Assembly (NCBI RefSeq): GCF_004010195.1
Contig: NC_057718.1
Location: 31,026,902 to 31,090,901, forward strand
Source of the DNA: Chiloscyllium plagiosum
Lineage: Eukaryota
Reading direction: 5' to 3'
Length of the DNA stretch: 64,000 nucleotides
Part shown: positions 26,140 to 39,369 of the stretch, in pieces
How positions within the stretch are numbered: position 1 is the first letter of the stretch
How the letters are laid out: each line of letters opens with the position of its first letter
Position numbers and translations under genes: made by a program
Notes under the pieces: model-generated
Seen by the model: the letters and a program-made list of their open reading frames with translations, nothing else
Told to the model about the DNA's origin: nothing
Databases searched by the model: none

Positions 26140-28190
26140 AACGAGACCCAGACAAAATACATGAGAAAAGAAATGGGGTGGAAAATAAGGCTGTCGAAAA
26201 GATCACATGAAAATGGAATGGTAGTTAACATAAAAGGGGTCCCAAGATTCTTCTACTATTATGTCAATAATAAGTGGGTAAAAAGAGATAGCATAGGTCA
26301 TAATCCAGACAAAGAAAGTAATATATGTTTCAGGGTGAAATGCAAATTTTTAGTGAGTACTAAAAATGTGAGAGCTGACAAAGTATTGGTAGAAGTGGAA
26401 ATGGGTGAGGAAATGGATGGGATAAAACTGATATACAGGATGTTCTGGAAAGGCTGGCTGTTTAGAGAGGATAGGTCACCCTGTCTAGCCAGGCTGCATT
26501 AGATTTTGTTCAAGGAAATGGAGATGGATTTAGTGGAAGGGCTTGCCATAATCGTGTAATCTTCCCCAGACACTGAGAAAGCGCCTGATGATTCTTCATC
26601 AAGAAAGCATGTAAGGATATTTCTCATAACTGGTCAGACTGACATCAATAGTGAGTAAGTTTATAGAACAATAATATAGGTAAAAATTCAACAGGCATCA
26701 ATTAATTAAGGAGAGCCAGTGTGGATTTGTAAAAGACAGTTCTTACTTGAGTAATCTAATTACATATTTTGCTAAAATAACAGGTGATAGATGAATGGAA
26801 TGTAATTGATGTTGTCCGTATGAATTTTAAGGAAACGTTTGATAGGAGTACTGCCTAAAGAACTAGTTAAGAAAATTGAAACTCAGGCAATAACAGGGTT
26901 AGTGACAGTTTGGATAAAATACTAAAAATAGAAAAAGGTGAATTGTGTGAAACGGTTGTTCTTCAGATGGAGGGATGGTAGATAGTAGAGTTCTCTAAGG
27001 ACCGGTTTTAGCCCATTACATTTTGAAATATATAAACGATGCCATTAAAGGGTGCCCTTCCTGCCGGGAGGCCAATGATAGGCCTTGTCCCGCTGCCACT
27101 AAACTTCTACAATGTGTTGGTGGAAGGCTGTCCAACAATATTGTTGGACATTTCTGCAGCCTACTGGGGGTTCCTTTACTGACAACCATTCTCTTCCCAG
27201 ATCCAGAGGCCCACAGGATGTCCCATCACTGCCATTGCAGTCCCATCCTTCCTCCTCTCACCAGTGACCTCATCCATAACTCCTATCCTTACCACTCTTA
27301 CCTTTGCACTGAGATCTATTGCTGACACCTCCTACAGGCCTGAGTGTAGTACTAGCAGTGTCCAGTTGACCAAATAAATACATGGTTACCTGGTAAATGT
27401 ATTGAGCCTGTGGGAGAGAAACAATGACGTGTTCCTATAGGTTTTTCAATCAATGGATGTGAACCCCATCATACTCATTAAATCTGTCCAATGACACAGA
27501 TTTGAAGAATGTGTAGGGATAGAGGGCTCCTTCTGCTCTTTGAAGATGGTAGGAAATATTGAGAGATCAGGTACAAAAGCAAAGGGGATCTTTGGGTGTA
27601 TATATAGAGGTATCGAGTTAAAACCAGGCTGGTTATGCTAAGCATTAATAGTTAGTTCAGCCATTAGTAGAATATTGTATCCAGTTCTCATCACCACATT
27701 TTAGGAAGGATATGAGGGGTCCTTGAGAAAGTACAGAGCACACAAATCTGAATGATTATATCAATGAAGTATTGTAGCTACAAGGATAGACTGAAGAAGG
27801 TGAGGTTGCTTTGAAACAACAAAGCTTGAGGTGAGATTCGGTAGAGGTGTACAAGATAATAAAAAGTATAGGTCCTAATCAATGAATTGCTGATCATACA
27901 AGAGGTCAGCAAAATAGGACTAATGTTTTGGGCAAGAGATTGAGTGGGAATGTGAGGAAGAACCTTCTTTACATAGTGAGTGGTAAGAACCTAAAATTTC
28001 AGCCTATGATTGTAGACAGAGTTAGGGTGGTGAATGATTTCAAAAGGAAATTGGATAGTCACCTGAGGGAAATAAACTTGCAGAGCTGTGAGAAAAAGGC
28101 AGGGGAATGAGTCAGACTGGCTATCTCTACAGAGAGAGGGCATAGATACAAAGGGGTGATAGTTTCCTTCTTGATTGAAATTACTCTATG
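26140..28190 (+). mobile_element. Old CR1 ORF2 remnant, interrupted near 27040-27490
   Basis: Degenerate Q.GF...S.L.NL, D.V.M.F.K.FD, Y..QF.SP and 3' UTR motifs in the expected order. Confidence 0.7.
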
Positions 28191-28870
28191 ACGAATTAAT
28201 CAGGTGAACTAGTTCAGCTGGTACAAAGATTAAAGCCACACTGTTGGCACTATTCTGTACCACATACTAATTATCTAGCTTGCTGAGCTAAGCAAATGCT
28301 CCAATCAGATAACACTGATGTTAGAGTGCAGTCATGGTTTTATCAGCTTTCACTGTGATCTTGTACATACATCCACAATTATATTAAACATCTGTGTGAT
28401 CTTAAAGAAATATTATCTGTTAATTACCAGAATTGACTCAGTACTTTCTACTTACATCAAATCTTCTAGATCATAGATTCAGATGCTGACCTAATGTCAG
28501 TTCATTTGGCTTAAGAAACTCGATATGTTGTATTAAAAATATGTCTGAAAGTGCATTCTTACAGTATGCTCAAGGTGATTTAATGGTGCTTGCATAGATC
28601 ATATATTAATAGATGATACATGAAAAGAAAATAGACTACATTGTCTGTACTTCTAGGCAAGCTTTGGGATCAGTTACATTTGTGGCCGTACAAAATTCTG
28701 ACGGATTTTAATTTTAAAACCTTTTAATGCATCAGGTATAGAGTGCAGTTAGAGAGTACTGTAAGATAATAAATGCGTAATAAGTAGTTGAAGAAGTATT
28801 ATTTATCAGATGACAATGGAAACCATAGTTCTACACAGTAAAGAAGCATTCTATGTAATAATGCTATTTA

Positions 28871-28887
28871 GCCACAAGATGGCAGCA
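28871..28887 (+). promoter_or_regulatory. CTCF-like motif
   Basis: GCCACAAGATGGCAGCA resembles the CCASYAGRKGGCRS core; lies in unique sequence. Confidence 0.35.
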
Positions 28888-30569
28888 GATGTGTGCAGTG
28901 GACATATTCATTATTTACTAACCATGATAAAGGGAATTTTTACTTGACCTTAACTTCAGAAAGCAGGAAGAAAGTTGCAATTTGCGATTCTCCAGCAGAC
29001 TCAGATATTTGAACTCCAAAATGTGTCAGGGACATCAAAATAACACACAAGATCACAGGAGTTAGGAGCAACAGCAAGTGATTTGACCCCTTGAGCCCTA
29101 TTCATAAGATCTGCCTTTGGTATTCACTCCACTTTTCTGTTTGCACCCCTGTAATCCTTGATTCCCTTGATGATCACTGATTGGTTTCCCATTAAAAGGC
29201 CAGCCGAACTGATAAACTGGGTTTCCAGTGAGCAACAATGAAAGCCAGAGCAATCATTACTACACTCAGCAATTAGGGTGGATTCAGGATGGGCAGGGTG
29301 GGAAGGAGTGGGGCCAAGCAGAAAGGGCTCGAATGAAGTGTCGATCAGGAAAGGGAGGCCTGATGATCAGGTCTGAGAAAAGAACAATGAGACTGGGTTT
29401 GATTGAAGGGGTGGGTGGCCAAAGTACATGGGTGGGAGAGGGATGGTCAGGCAGGTTTGTTATCAGAGTCATATCAAGAATTATAGTTTTACAGCCTGGA
29501 AAGAGGCCCTTTGGCCCACTGCATCCATGCTAGTCATAAAACATACATGGTAATCAGTAGGTCAGAGGACTTGAAGAGAGTCAGGCACCTTGGAGTGGAA
29601 TGTTGGATGTCTACTTATGGGATTGGAGCCCTTGAGAGGAGGTTTGGTGAGGCTGACCAATAATTTAAGCTCCTCCACCATGCATCTAGATCAATTAAAT
29701 GTGAATGTACTTAATCTTCTGAACTGGCCAAGTCCTCACTTTAATGAAGCTGCTAGATTCCCTGAAGGTTCAGGAAATCTAATTGGTAATTAAAGTTGAA
29801 AATCTAAATAGCTTATGCTCATTCTCTTGTTGTTATATTTAATGTTCCAATCCACTTCCCGGGAGTGGGTCAGTCACCACTCACTTCCTGGTTAATTTTC
29901 AAGCCAGAAATGAGTATACATCGTTTGGAAATTGAACATCTCAGATTTTAACCTCTGTCTGACCCCCATATGCTTCTTCCAGTTAAAATTTGCTTCCATA
30001 AGACATTATGCATAAATGAAAACTTTCATTGATTATGGATAACTGTAGTTTATTTTGTTTGTTTAATCTGAGGAGAGTCTGACATAAGCTTGGGAAACCC
30101 CATTGGAGATATTACCGCATAAAAGTTTAACACAAATTAAATTCTCCTCTTTAACCTAAAATAACTGAGGCCTCTGTTAAAATCATAAAGTATTGTATCT
30201 GCAGCTAAACCATGTCTGCAGCCAGGTTGTAGCTTTGTTGTCGCTATCCTCTTTAAGTTTAGCAATCTACAGTGTGGTAGGGGAAGAACACTTACTGGTC
30301 AAACTAAAATAGATGCTTGCTCTGCTCAAGAAGAAGCAACAAATTATGGTTACATGGATATGATCGTCATTGTTACAGAGTCTATGTGGAAGAACTGGAG
30401 GTTGTGTCTCACTCCTCTGAGATCCTCAGCTGTTTGTCCATATGGCATCACTAAAATGGATAGTGCTAGTAGCAACATCAAGATTGTGGATACCATAATT
30501 GAAAAAATGATGACTACATGCTGAATCTAGTAATTATAAGACAAAGTTTCATGTAATTATGGCTATATT

Positions 30570-33310
30570 TATAGAGGATATTCCTGGGAATATGTCCAGG
30601 GAAGTTATTAGGGTGGAACTGAGAAATAAGAACAAGGTGATCACCTTACTAGGAATGTATTATAGACCCCCCAATATTCACTTGGGAAATTGAGAAACAA
30701 ATTTGTAAGGAGGTCTCAGTTTTCTGTAAGAATAATAGGGTGGTTATGGTAGGTGATTTTAACTTTCCATACATTGACTGGGACTGCCATAGTGTTAAGG
30801 CTTGGATGGAGAGGAATTTGTTTCATATGTACAATAAAATTTTCTGATTCAGTATGTGGATGTACCTACTGGAGAAGGTGCAAAACTTGACTTTTGGGAA
30901 ATAAGGCAGGGCAGGTGACTGAGGTGTCAGTGAGGGAGCACTTTGGGACCCGTGACCATAATTCTATTAGTTTTAAAATAGTAATGGAAAAGGATAGACC
31001 GGATCTAAAAGTTAAAGTTATAAATTGGACAAAGGCCAACTTTGATGGTACTAGGCAAGAACTTTCCAAAGTTGATTAGAGGTGGATATTCACAGGTAAA
31101 GGAAGGCTGGAAAATGGAAAGCCTCCAAAAATAACAAGAGTCCAGAGACAGTATTTTCCTGTTAGGGTGAAGGGCAAGGCTGGAAGGTGTAAGGAATGTT
31201 GGATGACTAGAGAAATTGAGGTTTTGGTCTAGAATGAAAGAAAGTATATGTCAGGTATAGATAGCAGAGATCAAGTGAGTCCCCAGAAGAGCAGAAAAGC
31301 AATAGGAGTGCATTTAAGAGGGAAATCAGGAGGGCAAAAAGGGGACATGAGATAGCTTTGGCAAATATGGTCACAGAGAATTCAAAGGGATTCTACAAAT
31401 ACATTAAAGACAAACAGGTAACAAGGGAGAGAATAAGGCCTCTTAAAGATCAACAAGGCTGTCTATGAGTGGACCTGCAGGAGATGAGGGAGGTACAAAA
31501 CAAATATTTGCATCAGTGTTTACTGTGGAAGACATGGAAGGTAGAGATCGTAGGGAAATAAATAGTGATACCTTGAAAAATGTCCAAATTACAGAGGGAG
31601 TAGGTGCTGAATGTCTTAAAATGTATAAAGGTGGATAAATCGCTGGGACCTGATCAGGTGTACCTAAAATTCTGTTTAGAAGCTAGGGAAGTGATTGATG
31701 GGCCCCTTGCTGAGATATTGAAATCACTGATAACCACAAGTGAGGTGCCAAAAGATTGCAAGTTGGTTAACATGGTGCCACTATTTAAGAAACGTAGTAG
31801 GGAAACACCAGGGAGCTATAGACCAGTGAGTCTGACATCGGTGGTGGGCAATTTGTTGGAGGGAATCCTGATGGACAGGATTTACATGTATTTGGAAAGC
31901 AAGGACTGATTAAGGATAGTCAACATGGCTTTGTGCATGGGAAATCATGTCTTACCAACTTGATTGAGTTTTTTGAAGAAGTAATAGTGAGGATTGATGA
32001 GTACAGAGTGGTGGACTGCATGTAATTCTTGTCCCTGCTATAGGAAGGATGTTATGAAATTTGGAAGGATTCAGAAGAGATATACAAGGATGTTGCCAGA
32101 GTTGGAGGATTTAGCTATAGGGAGAGGCTGAATAGGCTGGGGCTGTTTTCCCTGGAGTGTCGGAGGCTGAGGGGTGACCTTATATATATGGACTTCAGTA
32201 AAGCATTTGACAAGGTTTCTCATGGTAGGTTAGCAAGGTTAGATCACACAGAATAGAGAGAGAACTAACTACTTTGAGACAGAACTGGCTCAAAGGTGTC
32301 CTTACAGATGGTGGTGCTTTTCAGACACAAGGCCTGTGACCACAAGGATAGGTGCTGGGTCCACTGTTTTTCATTATTTATATAAATTATTTGGATGTGA
32401 ACATAAGAGGTACGGATACTAAGTTTTCAGATGACACCGAAATTGGAGGTGTAATGGACAGTGAAGAAGGTTACCTCAGAGTGCAATGGGATCTTGATCA
32501 GATGGCCCAATGGACCGAGGAGTGGCAGGTGGGATTTAATTTAGAGGTGCTGCATTTTGGAAAGGCAAATCAGGACAGGACTTATACACTTAATGGTCGG
32601 GTCCTGGGGAATGTTGCTGAACAAAGAGACCTTGGAGTGCAGGTTCATAGTTCCTTGAAAGTGGAGTTGCAAGTAAATAGGATAGTGAAGAAGGCGTTTG
32701 GTATACTTGCCTTTATTGGTACAGAGCATTGAGTACAGGAGTTGGGAGGTCATGTTGCGGCTGCACAGGACATTGGTTAGGCCACTTTTGAAATACTGCA
32801 TGTAATTCTTGTCTCCCTGCTATAGGAAGGATGTTGTGAAACCTGAAAGGGTTCAGAAGAAATATACAAGCATGCTGCCAGGGTTGGAGGATTTGGCTAT
32901 AGGGAGAGGCTGAATAGGCTGGGGCTGTTATCCCTGGAATGTCGGAAGCTGAGGGGTGACCTGATAAATGTTCATAAATTCCTGAGGGGCATGGATAGGG
33001 TAAACAGACAAGATCTTTTCCTTGGGATGGGGGAGTCCAAAACCAGAGGGCATAGGTTTAAGGTGAGAGGGGAAAGATTTAAAAGGGATCTAAAAGGAGA
33101 CTTTTTCATGCAGAGGGTGATGTGAGTATGGAATGAGGAAATGCCAGAGGAAATGATTGAGGCTAGTACAATACAACATTTAAAAGGCATCTAAATGTGT
33201 ATTTGAATAAGAATGGTTAATGGGACTAGTAAATAGGATTAGATTTATTTAGGATGTCTGGTCAGCATAGACAAGTTGGACTATTTCCATGCTGTATACC
33301 TATGACTCTA
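30570..33310 (+). mobile_element. Long 5'-truncated CR1/HER1 LINE (EN + RT pseudogene)
   Basis: YYRPP, GDFNFP, EHFGTRDHN, KS.GPD, YRPVSLTSVVG, QHGF, MDFSKAFD, LGPLFFIIYIN, KFSDDT and LRGDL motifs, with many frameshifts and stops. Confidence 0.95.
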
Positions 33311-33311
33311 T

Positions 33312-33760
33312 CTGAGGGTTTGAGCTATCGGGAGAAGCCGATTAGGTTGGGGCTATTTTACCTAGAGCATCAGAGGCTGAGGGGTGACTGTATAAAGATT
33401 TATAAAATCATGAGGGGCATGGATAGGGTAAATAGCCAAGGTCTAGTCCTGGGGTGGGTGAGTCCAAAACTAGAGGGCATAGGTTTAGGGTGAGAGGGGA
33501 AAGACTTAAAAGAGTTCTAAGGGGCAATTTTTTAGGCAGAGGGTGGTCCGTGTGTGGAACAAGCTACCAGAAGAAGTGGTGGAGTCTGGTACAATTGCAA
33601 CATTTAAAAGGCAACTGGATGCGTATATGAATGGGAGGGTTTACAGGAATCTGTGCCAAATGCTGGCAAATGGGACTAGACTAATTTAGGATATCTGTTT
33701 GACATGGATGAGTTGGACCGAAAGGTCTCTTTCAATTCTGTACATCTCTATGACTCTATG
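33312..33760 (+). mobile_element. Second CR1 3' end directly behind the first
   Basis: GLSYREK..RLGLF.LE..RLRGD; tail tctatgactctatg. Confidence 0.9.
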
Positions 33761-34035
33761 TCTTCCTTTAACGAAATGTTTACAGTTCTGAGTGGATATC
33801 TAATTGAAATTCTTGTGTTGGAAACAGCAATATCCAAATCATTGAAAGCTGTTGGCACTGAAAAATTAGTATTAATGATGCCACAGTGAAAATGGCATCA
33901 TCCTTTTTACCATGGTTACGTGGCATACTGGGTGGACAGTTAAAGTAGTCTCATTGGTCTAATGATATCAGTGAGGCATGCAGGCAATTATCTTCCAGAG
34001 CAAGTATTGATCAGCTTTACCAGATAGAATCTCTT

Positions 34036-35440
34036 AGAGTCATAGAGTCATAGAGATGTACAGCACGGAAACAGACTCTCCAGTCCAACTTGTCCATGCC
34101 AACCAGATATCCCAATCCAATCTAGTCCCACCTTCCAGCACTTGATACATATCCTTCTAAACCCTTCTTATTCATATACCCATCCAGATGCCTTTTAGGT
34201 TGTAATTGTACCAGCCTCCACCACTTCCTCTGGCAGCTCATTCCATGCACATACCACCCTCTGTGTGAAAAGGTTGCCCATTTGGCCCCTTTTATATCTT
34301 TCCCCTCTTACCCTAAACCTATGCCCACTAGATCTGGACTCCCACATCCCAGGCAAAAGACCTGTCTATTTTTCCTATTTATGCCCCTCATGATTTTATA
34401 AACCTCTACAAGGTCACCCCTCAGCATCTGACGCTCCAGGGAAAATAACCCCAGTCTGTACAGCCTCTCCCTATAGCTCAAATACTCCAACCCTGGCAAC
34501 AACCTTGTAAATCTTTGCTGAACCCTTTCAAGTTTCACAACATCCTTCCGATAGGAAGGAGACCAGAACTGCATGCAATTTTCTAAAAGTGGCTTAACCA
34601 ATGTCCTGTATAGCTGCAACATGACCTCCCAAATCCTACACTCAATGCTCTGACCAATAAAGGAAAGCATACCAAACACCTTCTTCACTATCCTATTTAC
34701 CTGCGACTCTACTTTCAAGGACCAATGAACCTGCACTCCAAGATCTCTTTGTTCAGCAACACTCCCTAGGACCTTACCATTAAGTGTATAGGTCCTGCTC
34801 TGATTTGCCTTTCCAAAATGCAGCACCTCACATTTATCTGAATCAAACTCCATCTGCCACTTCTCAACCCATTAGCTCATCTGATCAAGATCCCATTGTA
34901 CTCTGAGGTAACTTTCTTCATTGTCCACTACACCTCCAATTTTGATGTCATCTGCAAACTTACTAACTATACCTCCCATGTTCACATCCAAATAATTTAT
35001 ATAAATGGTGAAAAGTAACGGAGCCAGCACCAATCCTTATGACACACCATTAGTCACAGGCCTCCAGACTTGAAGAAACTCTCCACCCTCTGTCTTCTAC
35101 CTTCGATGTGGATGAGATGTAATTTGACTGGACTGGACAAAGTAAAAGAATCACACAACACCAGGTTATAATCCAACACATTTATTTGGAAGCACTAGCT
35201 TTTGGAGCGCAGCTCCTTCATCCTGTGGTTGTGGAATACATTCCACATCCACCTTATGAAAGAGCTGCACTCCAAAAGCTAGTGCTTTCAAATAAATGTG
35301 TTGGACTATAACCTGGTGTTGTGTGATTTTTTTACTTTGTTCTACCTTTGAGCCAGTTCTGTAACCAAATGGCTAGTTCTCCCTATTCCATGAGATCTAA
35401 TCTTGCTAACCAGTCTCCCTTGAGGAAGCTTGTCAAAGCA
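34036..35440 (-). mobile_element. CR1/HER1 LINE, RT C-terminal part and 3' end
   Basis: 181 aa ORF MEFDSDKCEVLHFG...QFWSP..LRGDL; tagagtcatagagtcatagag tail. Confidence 0.95.
35104..35340. mobile_element. Fold-back Penelope-like pLTR mini-insertion nested in a CR1
   Basis: ~35138-35237 and ~35241-35340 are near-perfect inverted repeats. Two degenerate hammerheads. 9 bp direct repeat TTCTACCTT (35095-35103 and 35340-35348). Confidence 0.9.
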
Positions 35441-36811
35441 TTATTTCAAAGTATATCAAAGTATAAGGCATTATTTACGTTAACAATTCTGAGGCCATCA
35501 ATGTGCTGATGGCAATGACGCTTTGTGAAATGGAATAAAAGTACTAAATATTAAAATTAAATGCTTGTTATAATTATGCCATCATTTTGGAACCACCATT
35601 TAATAGGTCTCAGTGCTTTGAAACGAGTGACTTTTCCAAACCTAATTTCAAGTTAACTAAACTCAGTCAGCACAGGAATGTGCCGGAAACACTACTACAA
35701 AGTCCCCTGCCACCTTAGCACGAGAAAGGTAGATAAATAGATTGATTATGTTTTGGCTGGCATCATCAGAGATAGAAAGGCAGATGGGTGTTCATTTTTA
35801 CAATATTTTAATGATGCAATGATTTAAGTTGTGATTGCCATTGCCTAATAATCTTAATTATTTTGGTTGTAGTGTCACAACACCATGTATTTTTCACTGT
35901 TCATTGACAATTCACTGCAGTGAACTGATATATTCCTGACGTATACATTTCAGGAGCACTATATTATGGAGTCTGACGACCTGTGAATTATCACTTTGTT
36001 GAGTGCTGCCAGAATGAATGACCCTTGACCTTGGGTGTCAGAAATAAAGACTGCTTTTGAGGTGCTTATTGAACTAAGGCCAAGCTATTGAAATACTGGT
36101 TATTGAAAGTAGCCAAAGGGTAAGGCATAATGAAATATTGACTGAATTTGTCTGGCCATAATTCTTAAAATTTTAGTGGAGGATTAGAAAAGTAACCTTG
36201 AGTGTGCAATAACAACCTCAGCCTTTTGGCTTTAGGCCCAAAGCATACTCTCAATCACCTCTGCAACTCTCAAGGCATCAGCACAGCAGCCAACTGTCAG
36301 ATCATCTTGCCTGGCTGCTAGATAAAATGAAAATAATGTCCAGCTGTCAAGGATATTAGCAGGGCAAATGAAACCTTACCCCCATGCACAGTGACATAGG
36401 TCACAAGTTCCACCATTACCTATCGTCTTATATTTAACCTGCACAGGTGGAACAGTCAGTATGCACAGATGACTACAGGCGACACAGAATAATGGGATCT
36501 GTAGTTTTTCAGGTAAAACATTTGCAACTTGATGTGCAAGCTTTCAAAATAAATTACATTTCAGTCACCAGATATTTCTATCATTCATTAAATAGTTTTA
36601 TTCATTCACAGCAGTTATTAATCACAATAATTTGATACAGCCTTTATTTCCTACTTCTAATTGACTTTAAGTCTCCTACTTGAATAGAACTGAGACCAGT
36701 TAGGAGTCAACCACATTGCTATAGATCAGACAAGGGAAGGAGGACAGATTTCCTTCCCTAAAGGATGTGAGTAAATAAGGCAGGCTTTTACAGCAACCTG
36801 ATAATTACATC

Positions 36812-37445
36812 GGGCTAAATTACACAAGGCTCGGTGGTCCCATATCCACAGCTGAAAATCATGCACTGGGGAGAAGGCCACTGAGGGGAAAACAGTTACC
36901 CTGTGATAATTTAGCATAGGTTAGAGACAGGATTTCCTTCCTTTGGTTATTGGAAGTCCCACCTCAGAATGCTGTTGGCCAATCAGAGGCCAGTAGCTAT
37001 CACCTGCAGGGCCACTGTAGTCACTGGTAATGCTGCAGTTTGACCTTGAGACCATGTTCAGCCATGGATTAGACCTTCAGAAGAGTTTGGGGGTCAGGAG
37101 AGCAAATGGGGTCTAGGATTTGACAAGTCCAGGAGGTGTAGGAACACTGGAAGGGGATGTCATATTTTGGGGATGAAGTCATTACATGGACCAGAGGATT
37201 AATTACACAAGGTACCCCTCTCCATCTCTAGCCCAGGCAGGGAAACCCTGCTATTCTGGTTGCTGGCATGGACACTCTCACTCTCACTTCAATCTCACTG
37301 ACCCCACTCGTAGGTAACTGTTCAACACCACCTCCACCTCTGGTAAAATTGTGATGAAGCAGGCAGGCCACCAGCCACATTAAACATGCCAATGCCCCAC
37401 ATGCCAACCTTGAACCCACCAGTGGGAGAGCATCAAATTCAGTTC
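36812..37445. mobile_element. Possible MITE-like element
   Basis: GGGCTAAATT at the left end versus AAATTCAGTTC at the right; G-rich interior. Confidence 0.3.
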
Positions 37446-37489
37446 AATGTCACTACAGAATCATAGGTTAGTCGGGCATGGAAAGATGT

Positions 37490-38050
37490 ACTTGTGATGT
37501 TGATAGTGTGGGAATTCAGAGATGATAATTCCATTGTATATAAAAGAGCAATGGTTAGATTCTGTTTTATGGGAGACCATCATTGCCTTCCACATGAATG
37601 TTACTTAACACTTGTCAGCTCAAGCCTGGATAGTGTCCAGGTCTTGTTGCATTTGGACATGGACTACTTCAGTAACTGGAAAGTTGCAAATGGTGCTGAA
37701 CATTGTGCAATCCTCAGCGATCATCCCTGCTTTTGACCTTATGATGACGGGAAGGTTACTGATGAAGTAGCTAAAGTTGATTATACCTAGGACACTATCC
37801 TGAGGGACTCCTGCAGAGATGTCCTAGAGCACAGATGACTCCAACAATCACATCTTTTGTGCCAGATATGACTCTAATCAGTGAACTGTTTTCCTACTGA
37901 TTCTCACTGACTCCAGTTTTGCCTAGGCTCCTTGATGCTACACTTGGTCAAATGTGCCCTTTATAGCAAGGGAAATCACTTGCACCTCACTCCTGGAATT
38001 CAGCTGTATGTTTGAGCCAAGGCTGTAATGAAGTCAGGTTCTGAGTGACA
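37490..38050 (-). mobile_element. Fragment of the second LINE family
   Basis: Aligns by eye to 18830-19380. Confidence 0.8.
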
Positions 38051-39369
38051 CTGATTGTAGATTGAACCCCTTTCCATTTGTGATGATATTACTGAAAGAC
38101 ACACCTATTTTACAGAAATCAAATCACTTCATCACTGGTATTTCAATGACCTTGCCTTGTTTATCTGGCAACCCTGCATTTTGTGAAGCGAATTTGACAA
38201 GTAGGCATTCTAGCTGTGCAGTGTATTAGAATGCTTGACTGCTGCACCGCAGTATGATACCTCTGGGGTCCTTTCTTTGTTACCCTTCTAAAGAGATTTC
38301 AGCCTCAGTCAGAGAGGACATCTGAAGAGAGCAGATACAAACAGGTTTTCTAGTGAGTTAGGAGGAAAATGAGAGGGTAAACCAATCCACGTTGCACTTG
38401 TGTGAACTCCTTTTGACTGATGTAAGAACACGATTGGCAGCGGGCGAAATGTCCATCCCCACATTGCAGAATGGTGTGTGATGCAGTGCGGATGAAAGGG
38501 AAAATTTGCAAGATGAACTCAAGGTGTCAAATGGAGGTCACTCTTTAGTTCCGGTAATGTGAGAAAGGTTGCGTAATGACTTTTGAAATATGAGCGGAAC
38601 TGATATCAGCGACTACTTTGACTTCGCTCCAGGCAAATATAATATTACTGTCAAAGCCAATGACATGTAACAAAATTACAGTCAGGATAATTTGGGGGAA
38701 AATAAACTTTGCTTGTAATCTCTTCAGCATCTTCTGATTCAAAAAGAATCTTTCAGTAAAGACAAGACTAGGCTGGTGTGATATTTTGTTGAATATCCGT
38801 TTTACTAGATTATCTGCATTAATTTGAATAAGTAAATGAAATATTTTATTGAAATATACTTTTGCTGGTACGTATTTGAAATTTAATCATCACTGTCAGA
38901 AAGATAAAGATTAAACTGGACAGTCTCCTGAAAATGAGTGTGAGGGTTGTGATGTGCAATTACCCTTCTCACCTTCAATATTTCAACTGCCTGCTTAATA
39001 CCATGACTGTAATGTTCAGCCAATACTAACTGTTCTAATGAGTAGCTGCTTATCAGCTACACAGTCCAGACTTCAGCCCAAACTGAGATGGTGCAGTTTG
39101 CAGGCAGGTCTTCCAGATTTGGAGTTTTTCAAGTTTACCCTAGGCGGCCATATAAATTCTCTTCCAATCAAAGCAGCCTTTAAGTAGCATGGATGTAACT
39201 CTTTGTGCAATTCTCTGTGGGATAATTAGGAGACAGGCAGTTCCAGAATGCACAAGGGCACACTTGCCCTTTTATATTCAACATGCATATTTGACTGCTA
39301 ATTTTGCTTTGGAATGTTTGCATTCTTCCTTATTTTAGCTTGATTGTCAAGGAGACACTGTGATTATCT

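Noticed and set aside
38590..38670. Peptide MSGTDISDYFDFAPGKYNITVKANDM resembling a beta-sandwich strand
   Set aside because: Bounded by stops with no convincing splice sites.
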